Origin: Candidatus Limnocylindria bacterium
GTDB lineage: Bacteria; Acidobacteriota; Terriglobia; Acidiferrales; UBA7541
DNA length: 64,000 bases
Assembly: GCA_035490055.1 (NCBI GenBank)
Contig: DATHIB010000164.1
Coordinates: forward strand, 29,380-93,379
Direction of reading: 5' to 3'
Of the stretch, positions 10,114-18,682 are shown in pieces. How positions within the stretch are numbered: the first letter of the stretch is position 1; every line of letters begins with the position of its first letter. Under the pieces are notes generated by a model, which was given only the letters and a program-made list of their open reading frames with translations, was not told the DNA's origin and did no database searches. The position numbers and the translations under genes were made by a program.

Positions 10114-10129
10114 GGAACAAATATTTCCC
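10114..10129. promoter_or_regulatory. Candidate enhancer palindrome (degenerate GGGAAA-N4-TTTCCC)
   Basis: GGAACA-AATA-TTTCCC, ~138 bp upstream of the sigma54-like box at 10267. Confidence 0.3.
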
Positions 10130-10204
10130 ATGTGAGTAAGTCGTTTCCCTGGAAAAGAAACTGAGATCTCGTGAGACGGTCCACAGGCTACCCATGAGAT
10201 TCTC

Positions 10205-10217
10205 TAAACTATTGACA
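10205..10217 (-). promoter_or_regulatory. IHF-like site
   Basis: Minus strand TGTCAATAGTTTA, one mismatch to WATCARNNNNTTR. Lies between the candidate enhancer and the sigma54 box. Confidence 0.3.
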
Positions 10218-10266
10218 ATAAATATACTTAGAGAGGTCTTAGTACGAGGAATCTTGGATGCCTCTT

Positions 10267-10282
10267 TGGATGGTGAGTTGCT
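10267..10282 (+). promoter_or_regulatory. sigma54-type -24/-12 box for the priming transferase
   Basis: TGGATGGTGAGTTGCT (GG-N10-GC, TTGCT), ~128 bp upstream of 10410. Confidence 0.55.
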
Positions 10283-10409
10283 TTCTTTCCAAACATGGTT
10301 GAGGGGCTGGTGTGCCGTCAGAGGCCCAGTCTCCTTATCAAAGATTCGAAGCGATTGAGAATCAATCTGGCGGAAGCGACGCTACTACCATAGTACCCCA
10401 ACAGAACCC

Positions 10410-11807
10410 ATGCTAAAAATTGGTGGCCAAAAGATTCCGATGACAACCAAAGTACTGATTGTTGGCGATGCATGCCTGATCGCACTCGGTCTTTGCTTGG
10501 CGATTTTGATTCGTTTACATGGTTACCACTCAGTGTTGCACTATCTCCGCCTGCCCGACATGCCCTTTCGATTTGGTATTGTCTTAGCAACATGCGGAAT
10601 ATCTCTCTATTACAATGATCTCTATGCTTCGCGTGTGGTGAATAGGCGCAGCGAGTTGTTTGTTTATCTCTTCCAGGCTGTGGGAACTGCCTGGGTCATT
10701 CTCGCGATTCTGTATTACCTAATCCCGGACCACAGTCTTGGACGGGGCATTGCTGTCCTCTCCGCGCCAACGGTACTCCTGTTCTTGCTGTGCTGGCGCC
10801 TGGTCTTGCTTGAAGCTGACTTTCTCTTGCCAAGACAGCAGCGCGTTCTCGTCGTTGGCACGGGGCCTCTCGGGATTTCTTTGGTTCGTGAGATCCTCCA
10901 CCGTCCTGAACTCCACCTCAAGGTCGTGGGTTTTCTCGATGAGCGTGGAGAGAACATTGGCAAGTCATTAGTCAATCCCGGCATCATTGGTGCGACAAGG
11001 GACCTAGAAGAGATAACCGCTCGGGAAAAGATCGATCGCATCGTGCTTTCCCTCAAAGAGAGGCGCGGTCAGACGCCCTTACGAGAACTCCTGCACCTAA
11101 AGTTCGCCGGCATAGCGGTGGAAGATGCTCACACGGTGAGCGAACAGATTGACGGACGAATTCGTCTGGAGCATTTGTCGCCGAGCTGGATGATCCTGTC
11201 GGAAGGTTTTCGCAAGTCCGCACTCTTGCTCGCCGCAAAGCGCATGTTGGATGTTCTGGTCTCGCTGCTCCTCCTGATCTTTGCCTTGCCAATGATGGGA
11301 ATCGTGGCGCTCGCGATTTGGCTGGAGTCGGGCAGTCCGATGCTCTTCCGTCAGGAACGAATCGGATTGGGCGGACGCCCGTTCCAAATCCTGAAGTTTC
11401 GCTCGATGAAGCACGATGCCGAGGAGCATGGCCCCAAGTGGGCCGCGGATGGCGATCAACGCATCACGCCGGTGGGCCGCATCATCCGCAAACTGCGTCT
11501 CGACGAGCTTCCACAGGTGGTGAACGTACTGCGGGGTGAAATGAGTTTTGTGGGGCCGCGACCTGAGCGAGCGATCTTCTGCCGGATGATCGAGACTGAG
11601 ACGCCATTTTATGCCTTGCGATATTCGGTTCGTCCGGGAATTACGGGCTGGGCCCAAGTGAAGTATCAATACGGGGCCAGCATCGAAGAGGCAAAGACAA
11701 AGCTCGAATACGATCTTTTCTACATCAAACACCTTTCTCTGACGTTGGATCTCGCCATTCTTTTTGAGACCGCGAAAGTTGTATTGTGGCAGCGCGGAGC
11801 GAAATAG
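10410..11807 (+). CDS. Priming undecaprenyl-phosphate sugar transferase (WcaJ/EpsL-type, TIGR03013-like)
   Basis: Four N-terminal TM segments, CoA-binding-like middle (RVLVVGTG), and Bac_transf C-terminus [44 protein letters not shown]. Confidence 0.93.
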   Translation: MLKIGGQKIPMTTKVLIVGDACLIALGLCLAILIRLHGYHSVLHYLRLPDMPFRFGIVLATCGISLYYNDLYASRVVNRRSELFVYLFQAVGTAWVILAILYYLIPDHSLGRGIAVLSAPTVLLFLLCWRLVLLEADFLLPRQQRVLVVGTGPLGISLVREILHRPELHLKVVGFLDERGENIGKSLVNPGIIGATRDLEEITAREKIDRIVLSLKERRGQTPLRELLHLKFAGIAVEDAHTVSEQIDGRIRLEHLSPSWMILSEGFRKSALLLAAKRMLDVLVSLLLLIFALPMMGIVALAIWLESGSPMLFRQERIGLGGRPFQILKFRSMKHDAEEHGPKWAADGDQRITPVGRIIRKLRLDELPQVVNVLRGEMSFVGPRPERAIFCRMIETETPFYALRYSVRPGITGWAQVKYQYGASIEEAKTKLEYDLFYIKHLSLTLDLAILFETAKVVLWQRGAK

Positions 11808-11867
11808 AGACTCTGGGGCAGGGAACCTGCTGGATTTCAACTCAGTAAAGTTTCGAGGACACAAGAT

Positions 11868-12059
11868 ATGGCCTATCAGAGTCAGCCACGACGCGCCACA
11901 GACACTATGCTGCTTGCGGTTTGGTTCATCGGGTACCACGCGCTGATTCTGTCGTTTGCGGCATTGCAGCGAGTCGAGAGGCTGCTAGCTGGGTCCAAAC
12001 GAGAAGGCCCGAAAGAGGCCGCCGTTCTTGGTCACCGGAGAGAACGATTCGATCTCTAA
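11868..12059 (+). CDS. Possible small membrane protein (63 aa)
   Basis: GAGGA RBS at 11855-11859, 8 nt before the ATG. One hydrophobic segment (MLLAVWFIGYHALILSFAAL). A weak GG-N10-GC box at 11816-11831. Confidence 0.35.
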   Translation: MAYQSQPRRATDTMLLAVWFIGYHALILSFAALQRVERLLAGSKREGPKEAAVLGHRRERFDL

Positions 12060-12125
12060 GGGATTCTCGGTTCTTCGATCTTTAGGAGGGTGGCTTCCCG
12101 AGTCGTGGAGGCGACTTCATAATTC

Positions 12126-12141
12126 GGGAAACTGGTTTCCT
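12126..12141. promoter_or_regulatory. Candidate enhancer palindrome
   Basis: GGGAAA-CTGG-TTTCCT, 71 bp upstream of the sigma54-like box at 12212. Confidence 0.4.
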
Positions 12142-12211
12142 GTGGTGTTGAGCACACCCCGCCGGTGTCCTCTAAATGCCATCGCTTCAACAGATACGGG
12201 CAGAAAAGGTT

Positions 12212-12227
12212 TGGCCGGAACATTGCT
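12212..12227 (+). promoter_or_regulatory. sigma54-type -24/-12 box for wza
   Basis: TGGCCGGAACATTGCT, 35 bp before the TTG start, with a GGAGG RBS between. Confidence 0.6.
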
Positions 12228-12261
12228 CTTGAGCTTACATACTGTGGAACGGAGGTAGCGA

Positions 12262-12981
12262 TTGTCTTCTCGACACTTCATTGGAAGGGTAGCGGTTTCC
12301 CTCTTGTTTAGCTTCCCGGTTTCGGTGCTTCTGGCTTGGCCGTCTGAGAAACTTTCTACAGCGCATCAACAATCATCGCAGTCTGGCCCGAGTCCTACTC
12401 CGGCAGACGACAAGAATGACAAAGATAGAGCCGAAAAACAGCCGGCGGACAAGGCCGCGAAGCCGGAATCTGTACCGCAATCGGCGCTGACTCCCGAACA
12501 GAGACTGACGTATATCATCGGAGTCGAAGACGAACTTCAGATCTCCGTATGGCGCGAGCCGGAACTCTCGACCGTGGTCGTTGTCCGGCCGGACGGAATG
12601 ATCACGCTGCCTCTGGTAAATGATGTGAAGGCGGTGGGATTGAAGACCGAGGAATTGCAGAATGTCCTGATGGACAAGCTCAAGAACTTTGTCAACGAAC
12701 CGCAAGTCACTGTCATCGTTCGAGCTATCCGCAGCCGAAAAGTTTATCTGGTTGGCGAGGTCGGACATCAGGGAACGTATGCTCTCAATGGGGATATGAC
12801 GGCGCTGGAGTTGCTGGCCGTGGCTGGAGGAGTTGGACCTTTTGCAAAAGCGGACTCCATTTATATTCTCCGCGAACAGAATGGCAAAAAGATACGCATC
12901 CCATTCCACTACAAGAAAGCAGTGGCGGGTAAAAGCGAAAACGTAACGCTCGAGCCAGGTGACGTGGTTGTTGTCCCTTGA
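12262..12981 (+). CDS. wza: Polysaccharide export protein (Poly_export + SLBB)
   Basis: Signal-like N-terminus, YIIGVEDELQISVW, VRPDGMITLPLVNDV, LEPGDVVVVP. TTG start after GGAGG. Confidence 0.88.
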   Translation: MSSRHFIGRVAVSLLFSFPVSVLLAWPSEKLSTAHQQSSQSGPSPTPADDKNDKDRAEKQPADKAAKPESVPQSALTPEQRLTYIIGVEDELQISVWREPELSTVVVVRPDGMITLPLVNDVKAVGLKTEELQNVLMDKLKNFVNEPQVTVIVRAIRSRKVYLVGEVGHQGTYALNGDMTALELLAVAGGVGPFAKADSIYILREQNGKKIRIPFHYKKAVAGKSENVTLEPGDVVVVP

Positions 12982-13015
12982 TGGTGTGTTGCCTTAGCCG
13001 AATTCTTCGAGGTGA

Positions 13016-14416
13016 GTGAGAAACATGCAGGACAAGAAACATCTTCGTATCAGCATCTGGCTGATCTTCTTCCCGATCCTTGCGACTTTTTTGCTGCCGA
13101 ATTTGGGATCGGCGCAAGAAGCAGGTCAGGCCACGGGAAAACAAAAGCCTGCTGCACAGGACGCTTCAAAGGATACAGACCGCAAGGATGCCGAGCCCGC
13201 AAGTCCTTACGCGCTGGCCTGGGCGGATTCGTACATCCGGCAAATCGGAACTTCCGGATTATTGGCTGGAAACCGAGAAGGCGTTGGCTGGGGCAGCATT
13301 TACATCCCCTCGGCGGGAGTCAGCGGAATTGTGGACCAGTTTGAGGGAACGAAGACGGCGCCCGGCGCTTCGTATACAGCGACCGTTTTCCAGACTACCG
13401 TGGTCTACGACCACAAGATTGGCACCACCAGGCTTGCGCTCCAATACCAGCCGAGTATGGCTATCGCCCAAGGGCAGGTTGTTGGTAATTTTTCAAATCA
13501 GAATACCAGTTTGGACTGGTTGATTTACACCCGTCCACGATGGAACATAAGATTCAGCGATGGCTTTCGTTACTACTATACCCAGCAGTCGATTGGTTTG
13601 TCGTATCTCGATGTGAACACGGTTACCTCGGGCGTGGCCACCAACAATTTCCTCGATGGGCCCAGTCGTTGGCTCTCGAACAATGCCTATATGTCCGTGG
13701 CGTACGCTTTGTCCAGGCGATCATCGATTGCCATCACTCCGAACTATACTTTTTCAGAGGCTGGAGCGCATGCCAACCTCATCCGCGGTTCGTCCTACGG
13801 CGGCAGTGTGGGTTGGAACTACCGTATGAGCGAGAGGCAGACCGTCGGTATCCAATATACGGGCCAACTTCTCCATGAAGCGGGGCTGGGGACTTCGACG
13901 ACAGGTACGCCGACCGACACAATTTTTCACACCATCGCTGGCACTGCGGGACGCCAAATGAGCGCGACCTTGTTCGCGAGAGGTTCATTAGGTGTCACAA
14001 CTTCTGCGCTGGCTCAGAACACTCGGGAATGGTCTGTTTACGGAACATTCGGATTGGTAAAGCAATTGCGGCGATCTTCGCTGAGTCTCAACTACTCACG
14101 CGGAGACACACTCTCAAACGGATTGATCGCCAATCAATATGCGGATCGCGTCGACCTCACGTACCAAAATCAGATTAGCACCAGACTTAACTGGTCCGCC
14201 GGAGGCGGTTATTTGCGACAGGTTCAATCGGGAGGAGTCGCTGGTTGGTATGCAACATCCAATGTGCAATTTTTGCTGGCGCCCAGAACTGGTCTTTTTG
14301 CCACTTTCGATTATTACCGGAAGAATCAATCAGCGAGCACGACTAGCCTGTTCAGCGGCAATCGGAATATCTATTCTTTCGGACTGCGCTGGCAACCCGG
14401 TCGCGTGGCCAACTAA
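13016..14416 (+). CDS. Outer-membrane beta-barrel protein of the EPS export module
   Basis: Signal peptide, alternating aromatic beta-strands, C-terminal YSFGLRW, position directly after wza. Confidence 0.65.
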   Translation: MRNMQDKKHLRISIWLIFFPILATFLLPNLGSAQEAGQATGKQKPAAQDASKDTDRKDAEPASPYALAWADSYIRQIGTSGLLAGNREGVGWGSIYIPSAGVSGIVDQFEGTKTAPGASYTATVFQTTVVYDHKIGTTRLALQYQPSMAIAQGQVVGNFSNQNTSLDWLIYTRPRWNIRFSDGFRYYYTQQSIGLSYLDVNTVTSGVATNNFLDGPSRWLSNNAYMSVAYALSRRSSIAITPNYTFSEAGAHANLIRGSSYGGSVGWNYRMSERQTVGIQYTGQLLHEAGLGTSTTGTPTDTIFHTIAGTAGRQMSATLFARGSLGVTTSALAQNTREWSVYGTFGLVKQLRRSSLSLNYSRGDTLSNGLIANQYADRVDLTYQNQISTRLNWSAGGGYLRQVQSGGVAGWYATSNVQFLLAPRTGLFATFDYYRKNQSASTTSLFSGNRNIYSFGLRWQPGRVAN

Positions 14417-14562
14417 GTAATTCCCCTAATCTCTGTCGAAAGATGATTTTGCACTCTCATAGTGGCTGCTTGATTGTCAGATCCCATCTCTTCTTGGCTT
14501 CCCGAGCCTAACTAACTCATTCCTTATCTGGAGACAAAGCCTCGGATAGAAGATGGATATAT

Positions 14563-14578
14563 GGGAAATGGGTTTCCC
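14563..14578. promoter_or_regulatory. Candidate enhancer palindrome (perfect)
   Basis: GGGAAA-TGGG-TTTCCC, 112 bp upstream of the sigma54-like box at 14690. Confidence 0.45.
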
Positions 14579-14630
14579 TTGGGCGTGACTCCGCATCCGG
14601 ACACCAGGAAGACGAATGGGTCTCTGGCCA

Positions 14631-14643
14631 TAAGTATATGATA
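14631..14643 (-). promoter_or_regulatory. IHF-like site
   Basis: Minus strand TATCATATACTTA, one mismatch to WATCARNNNNTTR, between the palindrome and the sigma54 box. Confidence 0.3.
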
Positions 14644-14689
14644 ATGGGCTATTTAAATTTAAGGGCAAGAAAGTTCCGCCTCGAATTTC

Positions 14690-14705
14690 TGGAAGACAAC
14701 TTGCT
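14690..14705 (+). promoter_or_regulatory. sigma54-type -24/-12 box for the wzc operon
   Basis: TGGAAGACAACTTGCT, 58 bp before the 14763 start. Confidence 0.6.
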
Positions 14706-14762
14706 AGATGAGTTGTGTCGGAAATTTGTTGACAGAGCGAGCAACCACTTGGAGGAAGATCT

Positions 14763-16331
14763 TTGAACGAGCAACCAGTCTTCACCGCTTCCGGCGATGC
14801 GGCGATTAACGTGCAGATTCGAGAGTACTTAGATCTAGCCCGCCGCCGCAAATTGTGGATTATCCTGCTTACTCTGGGTATCTCGGTCTGTATTGCGGTG
14901 GTGGCGATACGGCTCCCGAGTATCTACCGAGCAGAAACTGTCATTCTGGTCGACCCTCAAAAGGTACCCGACAGCGTCGTTCCGACCAGCGTGAGCGGTA
15001 CTGTCGCCGATCGTCTCTCCACGATCCGCCAGGAAGTCATGTCCCCGACACAGCTCGGGTTGCTGACGAAGGAGATGGGTCTGTATCCCCAACTGCGCGA
15101 CAAGGTGTCCGAACAGGAGCTCGTCTCCCGCATGCAGAAGTCGACGACCATTGAGGTGGTGGACTCTGGGGGACAGCGGCTTAGCGCGTTTCGCATCGCC
15201 TTCACGGACACGGATCAGCATCAAGTGGCGCGCGTTGCCAATCGCCTCGCATCGTTGTTCATCGAGCGGAACCTCAAAGCCCGCCAGCAGCATTTCAACG
15301 GAACGTCCCAGTTCCTCGAAACTGAATTGCAGGAAACGAAACGTCAACTCGAAGAGAAAGAGCACCTTTTGCAGGACGTCAAGAGCCGCTACATCATGGA
15401 TCTACCAGAGTCCAAGCAGTATCACCTGGAAGCCATGAACACCCTTAGGGATCAGTTGCGGAACAGCCAGGATCAAGTGAACCGCGATCGCCAGAGCAAG
15501 GTATATATCCAATCCATGGCAGGGATGTCAGCGCAGACGATCGATCTCGATCAGCAGGCGGGTGCCTCCAAATCTCCTTATCAGGCGCAGTTGCAGAAGT
15601 TGGAACTGCAGCTAAAGGACATGCAGGTTCGCTACGGGCCAAATTATCCGGATGTTCGCAAGTTGCGCAATGAAATCAATCAATTGAAAGCCAAGGCGGA
15701 AAGTGAGAAAACCGCAACAGACGCTCCGGACCCGCAATTGAGTACCCCGACACATCAAGCTCACAATCCAGTGGTAGAAGCCGAAGTAAACAAACTCGAC
15801 CAAGACATCGAGGACCAAACCAAGATCCAGGCTGAACTCGAAAAGCAGATCCAATACCACGTTGGTAAGCTGCAGCAGGTTCCCGTGTTCGAACAACAGA
15901 TCGCCGGGCTGATGCGTGACTACGACACGCTGAGGAACCACTATAACCAGCTCCAGGCCAAGAAGCTGGACGCGGTGATGGCAGGCGAGCTGGAAACGCA
16001 TCAAGCCGGAGAGCGTTTCGAAGTATTGGACCCAGCGATTCCACCCGATGGGCCTGCGGGACCAAGGCGCGGAATCATGATCATCGGTGGCCTGTTTTTC
16101 GGACTGCTGTGTGGAGTTGGTGTGGCTTTCCTCGTCGAGGTCAGCGATGAATCTGTGAGGCACGAGAGGGAAGCGGCGCAAATCTTCGGTAAGCCAGTGC
16201 TCGCTGGAATTCCAATGATCACCAGCGATAAGGAACACGCCTGGGCCCTTTGGCGGATCGCGAGCTTGACGGCCGGCACCGCCGTCGCAGCCGTCGCATT
16301 CGGCCTGGCGATTTCTCGGTTCGTTTCGTAG
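14763..16331 (+). CDS. Polysaccharide co-polymerase / chain-length determinant (membrane part of a split Wzc; TIGR03007-like)
   Basis: N-terminal TM (LWIILLTLGISVCIAVVA), coiled-coil periplasmic region, YGPNYPDV, ERFEVLDPA, C-terminal TMs, no kinase domain. Confidence 0.88.
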   Translation: MNEQPVFTASGDAAINVQIREYLDLARRRKLWIILLTLGISVCIAVVAIRLPSIYRAETVILVDPQKVPDSVVPTSVSGTVADRLSTIRQEVMSPTQLGLLTKEMGLYPQLRDKVSEQELVSRMQKSTTIEVVDSGGQRLSAFRIAFTDTDQHQVARVANRLASLFIERNLKARQQHFNGTSQFLETELQETKRQLEEKEHLLQDVKSRYIMDLPESKQYHLEAMNTLRDQLRNSQDQVNRDRQSKVYIQSMAGMSAQTIDLDQQAGASKSPYQAQLQKLELQLKDMQVRYGPNYPDVRKLRNEINQLKAKAESEKTATDAPDPQLSTPTHQAHNPVVEAEVNKLDQDIEDQTKIQAELEKQIQYHVGKLQQVPVFEQQIAGLMRDYDTLRNHYNQLQAKKLDAVMAGELETHQAGERFEVLDPAIPPDGPAGPRRGIMIIGGLFFGLLCGVGVAFLVEVSDESVRHEREAAQIFGKPVLAGIPMITSDKEHAWALWRIASLTAGTAVAAVAFGLAISRFVS

Positions 16332-16338
16332 AGAGCAT

Positions 16339-17475
16339 ATGTACACCACCTTCTACAACCTTCGCGAAGAGCCTTTTCGGCTCACTTCGGATCCGAGGTT
16401 CTTTCACCTTGCGGAACCACATGCGGCCGCGCTGGCGACGCTGGTTGAAGCAGTGATGCGCCGCAAGGGCTTTGTCCTGCTGACTGGTCCGATTGGAACT
16501 GGCAAAACGACAGTTGTTCACACGGCTCTGCAAATCCTCACGGAGAGAGCCGCGACCAATCACCCAATTTCTTCGGCATTCATTCTTAACCCGACTCTCA
16601 GCCGCGAGGAATTCCTGGAAATGCTCCTCTCGGAATTTGAGATCCCGTGCACATCAACAAGTAAGCCGGCGCGTCTCTCCGCTCTTCAGCGGATGCTCCT
16701 GGAGACACAAAGAAAGGGCGGCACATCGCTCCTGCTGGTGGACGAGGCGCATTTGCTGACGCCCGAACTCCTGGAAGAAATTCGCCTGCTCAGCAACGCG
16801 GATACCTACCAGGAAAAACTGTTGCAGATCGTTTTGTGTGGTCAGCCGGAGCTTCTCGGCATACTTCGGAAGCCCGAATTGCGTGCACTCCGGCAGCGAG
16901 TCGCGAGCAGTTGCTCGCTTCGGCCCTTGAGTTTGTCCGAGGTACGCGCGTACATCGCCGAGCGGCTTCATTCCGCAGGTTTTCGCGGCGCCACTTCTCC
17001 ATTTCCTACCCAGGTGCTCGAAGAGATTGTGCGGCTTACCGAGGGCGTTCCCCGGCTCGTGAACTTGCTTTGCGATGCCTGCCTGGCCATCGGTTGCAAG
17101 GCACGCCGGGCGGTCATCGATCTGGTCATCGTAGCGGAGGCTGCGTCCGAGCTTGGATTGAACGAGACCCACATCGAGCCAGCGATTGAGGAGAGGAGTG
17201 CTGCTTCCGGAAACGGGACCGCCGGCAAAGGAGTTGCAGGGGATGCAGTCATTGGGTCGGCGCTTGACCTGCTGGTTCAAGCCATGAAGAGGCGCCGTGC
17301 TCTCGTGCCCGAGGTAAATGAAGTCCGTTCCGAGATGAGCATCAAGGAACAAGTCGCGGTGTCGGTGAACGCGGTGCACGAAAAAGACCCTGCCGGCGAC
17401 AAGGTCATCGAATCGGCTGTCGACGTTTTGGTTCAAGCCATGAAGCTGCGCCGTAATTCCACCCTGGAGTTATAA
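16339..17475 (+). CDS. ExeA/GspA-family AAA ATPase (PEP-CTERM-locus type)
   Basis: MYTTFYNLREEPFRLTSDPRFF, Walker A GPIGTGKT, Walker B LLVDEAH, IVLCGQPEL. Confidence 0.88.
   Translation: MYTTFYNLREEPFRLTSDPRFFHLAEPHAAALATLVEAVMRRKGFVLLTGPIGTGKTTVVHTALQILTERAATNHPISSAFILNPTLSREEFLEMLLSEFEIPCTSTSKPARLSALQRMLLETQRKGGTSLLLVDEAHLLTPELLEEIRLLSNADTYQEKLLQIVLCGQPELLGILRKPELRALRQRVASSCSLRPLSLSEVRAYIAERLHSAGFRGATSPFPTQVLEEIVRLTEGVPRLVNLLCDACLAIGCKARRAVIDLVIVAEAASELGLNETHIEPAIEERSAASGNGTAGKGVAGDAVIGSALDLLVQAMKRRRALVPEVNEVRSEMSIKEQVAVSVNAVHEKDPAGDKVIESAVDVLVQAMKLRRNSTLEL
17239..17454 (+). repeat. Duplicated 20-codon motif in the ATPase C-terminus
   Basis: GDAVIGSALDLLVQAMKRRR (17239-17298) and GDKVIESAVDVLVQAMKLRR (17395-17454). 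They share the exact 17-mer tggttcaagccatgaag. Confidence 0.85.
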
Positions 17476-18327
17476 ATGAGCAAGTTCTTCAACGAAACGC
17501 AGAAGGCAAATCAGTGGGCGCAGCAGAAACTTGCGAACCAGGACATGGACGTCAAGGAATTGCTGGAGTCGCTCAAGCGCGGGCCAGGCTCCGACACGCA
17601 GTTGGCGGACAAGGGTCTCAGCCAATGCCGGCAAGTTCACGTCGGAAATGGGAACGCCGCACGACTAGTCCTCCATCAAGGTGAAGCATCAAGGGCAGCT
17701 CTAGAGGCCTACCGTGGATTGCGCACGAGACTGATGCGCGCCCAGGCAAAAACCGGCTTGAAGTCGATCGCGATCACAAGCTCACTGCCGGGCGAAGGCA
17801 AGACTTTGACAACCATGAATCTAGGTTTGTGCTACGCGCAACTTCCTCAGCAACGCGTGCTGGTCATTGATGCTGATCTGCGGATGTGCGGGCTTACGTC
17901 GATGCTTGACCATCCGAGCACACCAGGACTGGCGGAAGTTCTGGCGGGCGATGTTAGCCCGGACGAAGCCATCGTGTCGACCAATCAAAAGAACTTGTTC
18001 GTTTTGCCTGCCGGGACCGTTTTGTCATCTCCACCGGAGCTTTTCATCGGATCGCGCTGGCAGGAATTCATGGGGCGCTGCAGCGAGCTCTTCAAACTCA
18101 TCCTTATCGATACGCCGCCGATTCTTCCTCTGGCCGATTTCGAGCTGATCAGCGCGGCCTGCGACGGTGTTGTGATGGTGGTGCGCGCGCACCATGGGCA
18201 GCGGGAAACGTTGCAGAAGACCGCAGGAGCGTTGGATCCAAAGAAATTACTCGGTGTGGTATTTAATGCCACCGATGTCAGTGGGAAGGACTACGACGGG
18301 TATGGTTACGGTTCCGGCAAGAGCTGA
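17476..18327 (+). CDS. BY-kinase (CpsD/CapB-type tyrosine autokinase)
   Basis: Walker A SSLPGEGKT, VIDADLR, ILIDTPP, C-terminal Tyr cluster DYDGYGYG. Confidence 0.9.
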   Translation: MSKFFNETQKANQWAQQKLANQDMDVKELLESLKRGPGSDTQLADKGLSQCRQVHVGNGNAARLVLHQGEASRAALEAYRGLRTRLMRAQAKTGLKSIAITSSLPGEGKTLTTMNLGLCYAQLPQQRVLVIDADLRMCGLTSMLDHPSTPGLAEVLAGDVSPDEAIVSTNQKNLFVLPAGTVLSSPPELFIGSRWQEFMGRCSELFKLILIDTPPILPLADFELISAACDGVVMVVRAHHGQRETLQKTAGALDPKKLLGVVFNATDVSGKDYDGYGYGSGKS

Positions 18328-18369
18328 CGCAAATTTTCAGCAAGGTCCCTATTCGTTCCGACTTGGATG

Positions 18370-18406
18370 TGGACAGTGTCCAATACAGCGTCGGCTGTAT
18401 TGGGCA
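18370..18406. promoter_or_regulatory. Overlapping inverted repeats before the HTH gene (operator or RNA hairpin)
   Basis: Perfect 10-bp stem CCAATACAGC-GTCG-GCTGTATTGG (18380-18403) overlapping TGGACA-G-TGTCCA (18370-18382), just upstream of the RBS of 18422. Confidence 0.5.
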
Positions 18407-18421
18407 GTTTGAGGCGATGCC

Positions 18422-18682
18422 ATGTATCCAAACTTAAAATTACAACTGTTTCGCAGCGCAGTTCGGCAGAACTTCCTGGCTCGCGAGCTGGGGATCGACG
18501 AGAGCATTCTGAGCAAAATCATTCACGGCTATCGCGAGCCCTCGCCAGAACAGCGGCAGAGGCTTTCCGGCTACCTAGGAGTGGAAGAGTCCTGGTTGTT
18601 TGAAAAGTACGAGAATGCCTCGCCGGCGCGCGCGGCGGGCAATCATGGTTCCCCCCACGGAATGAAAGATGACATCACTTAG
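18422..18682 (+). CDS. XRE-family helix-turn-helix protein
   Basis: QNFLARELGIDESILSKIIHGYREP is a classic XRE HTH pattern. Confidence 0.8.
   Translation: MYPNLKLQLFRSAVRQNFLARELGIDESILSKIIHGYREPSPEQRQRLSGYLGVEESWLFEKYENASPARAAGNHGSPHGMKDDIT

Noticed and set aside
9855-10139. 94-aa ORF in the divergent promoter region
   Set aside because: No motif, atypical AT-rich composition, and it overlaps predicted promoter and enhancer elements.
10212-10240. sigma70 promoter suggested by TTGACA at 10212-10217
   Set aside because: No credible -10 hexamer at 16-18 bp spacing; the hexamer is better explained as part of the IHF-like element.
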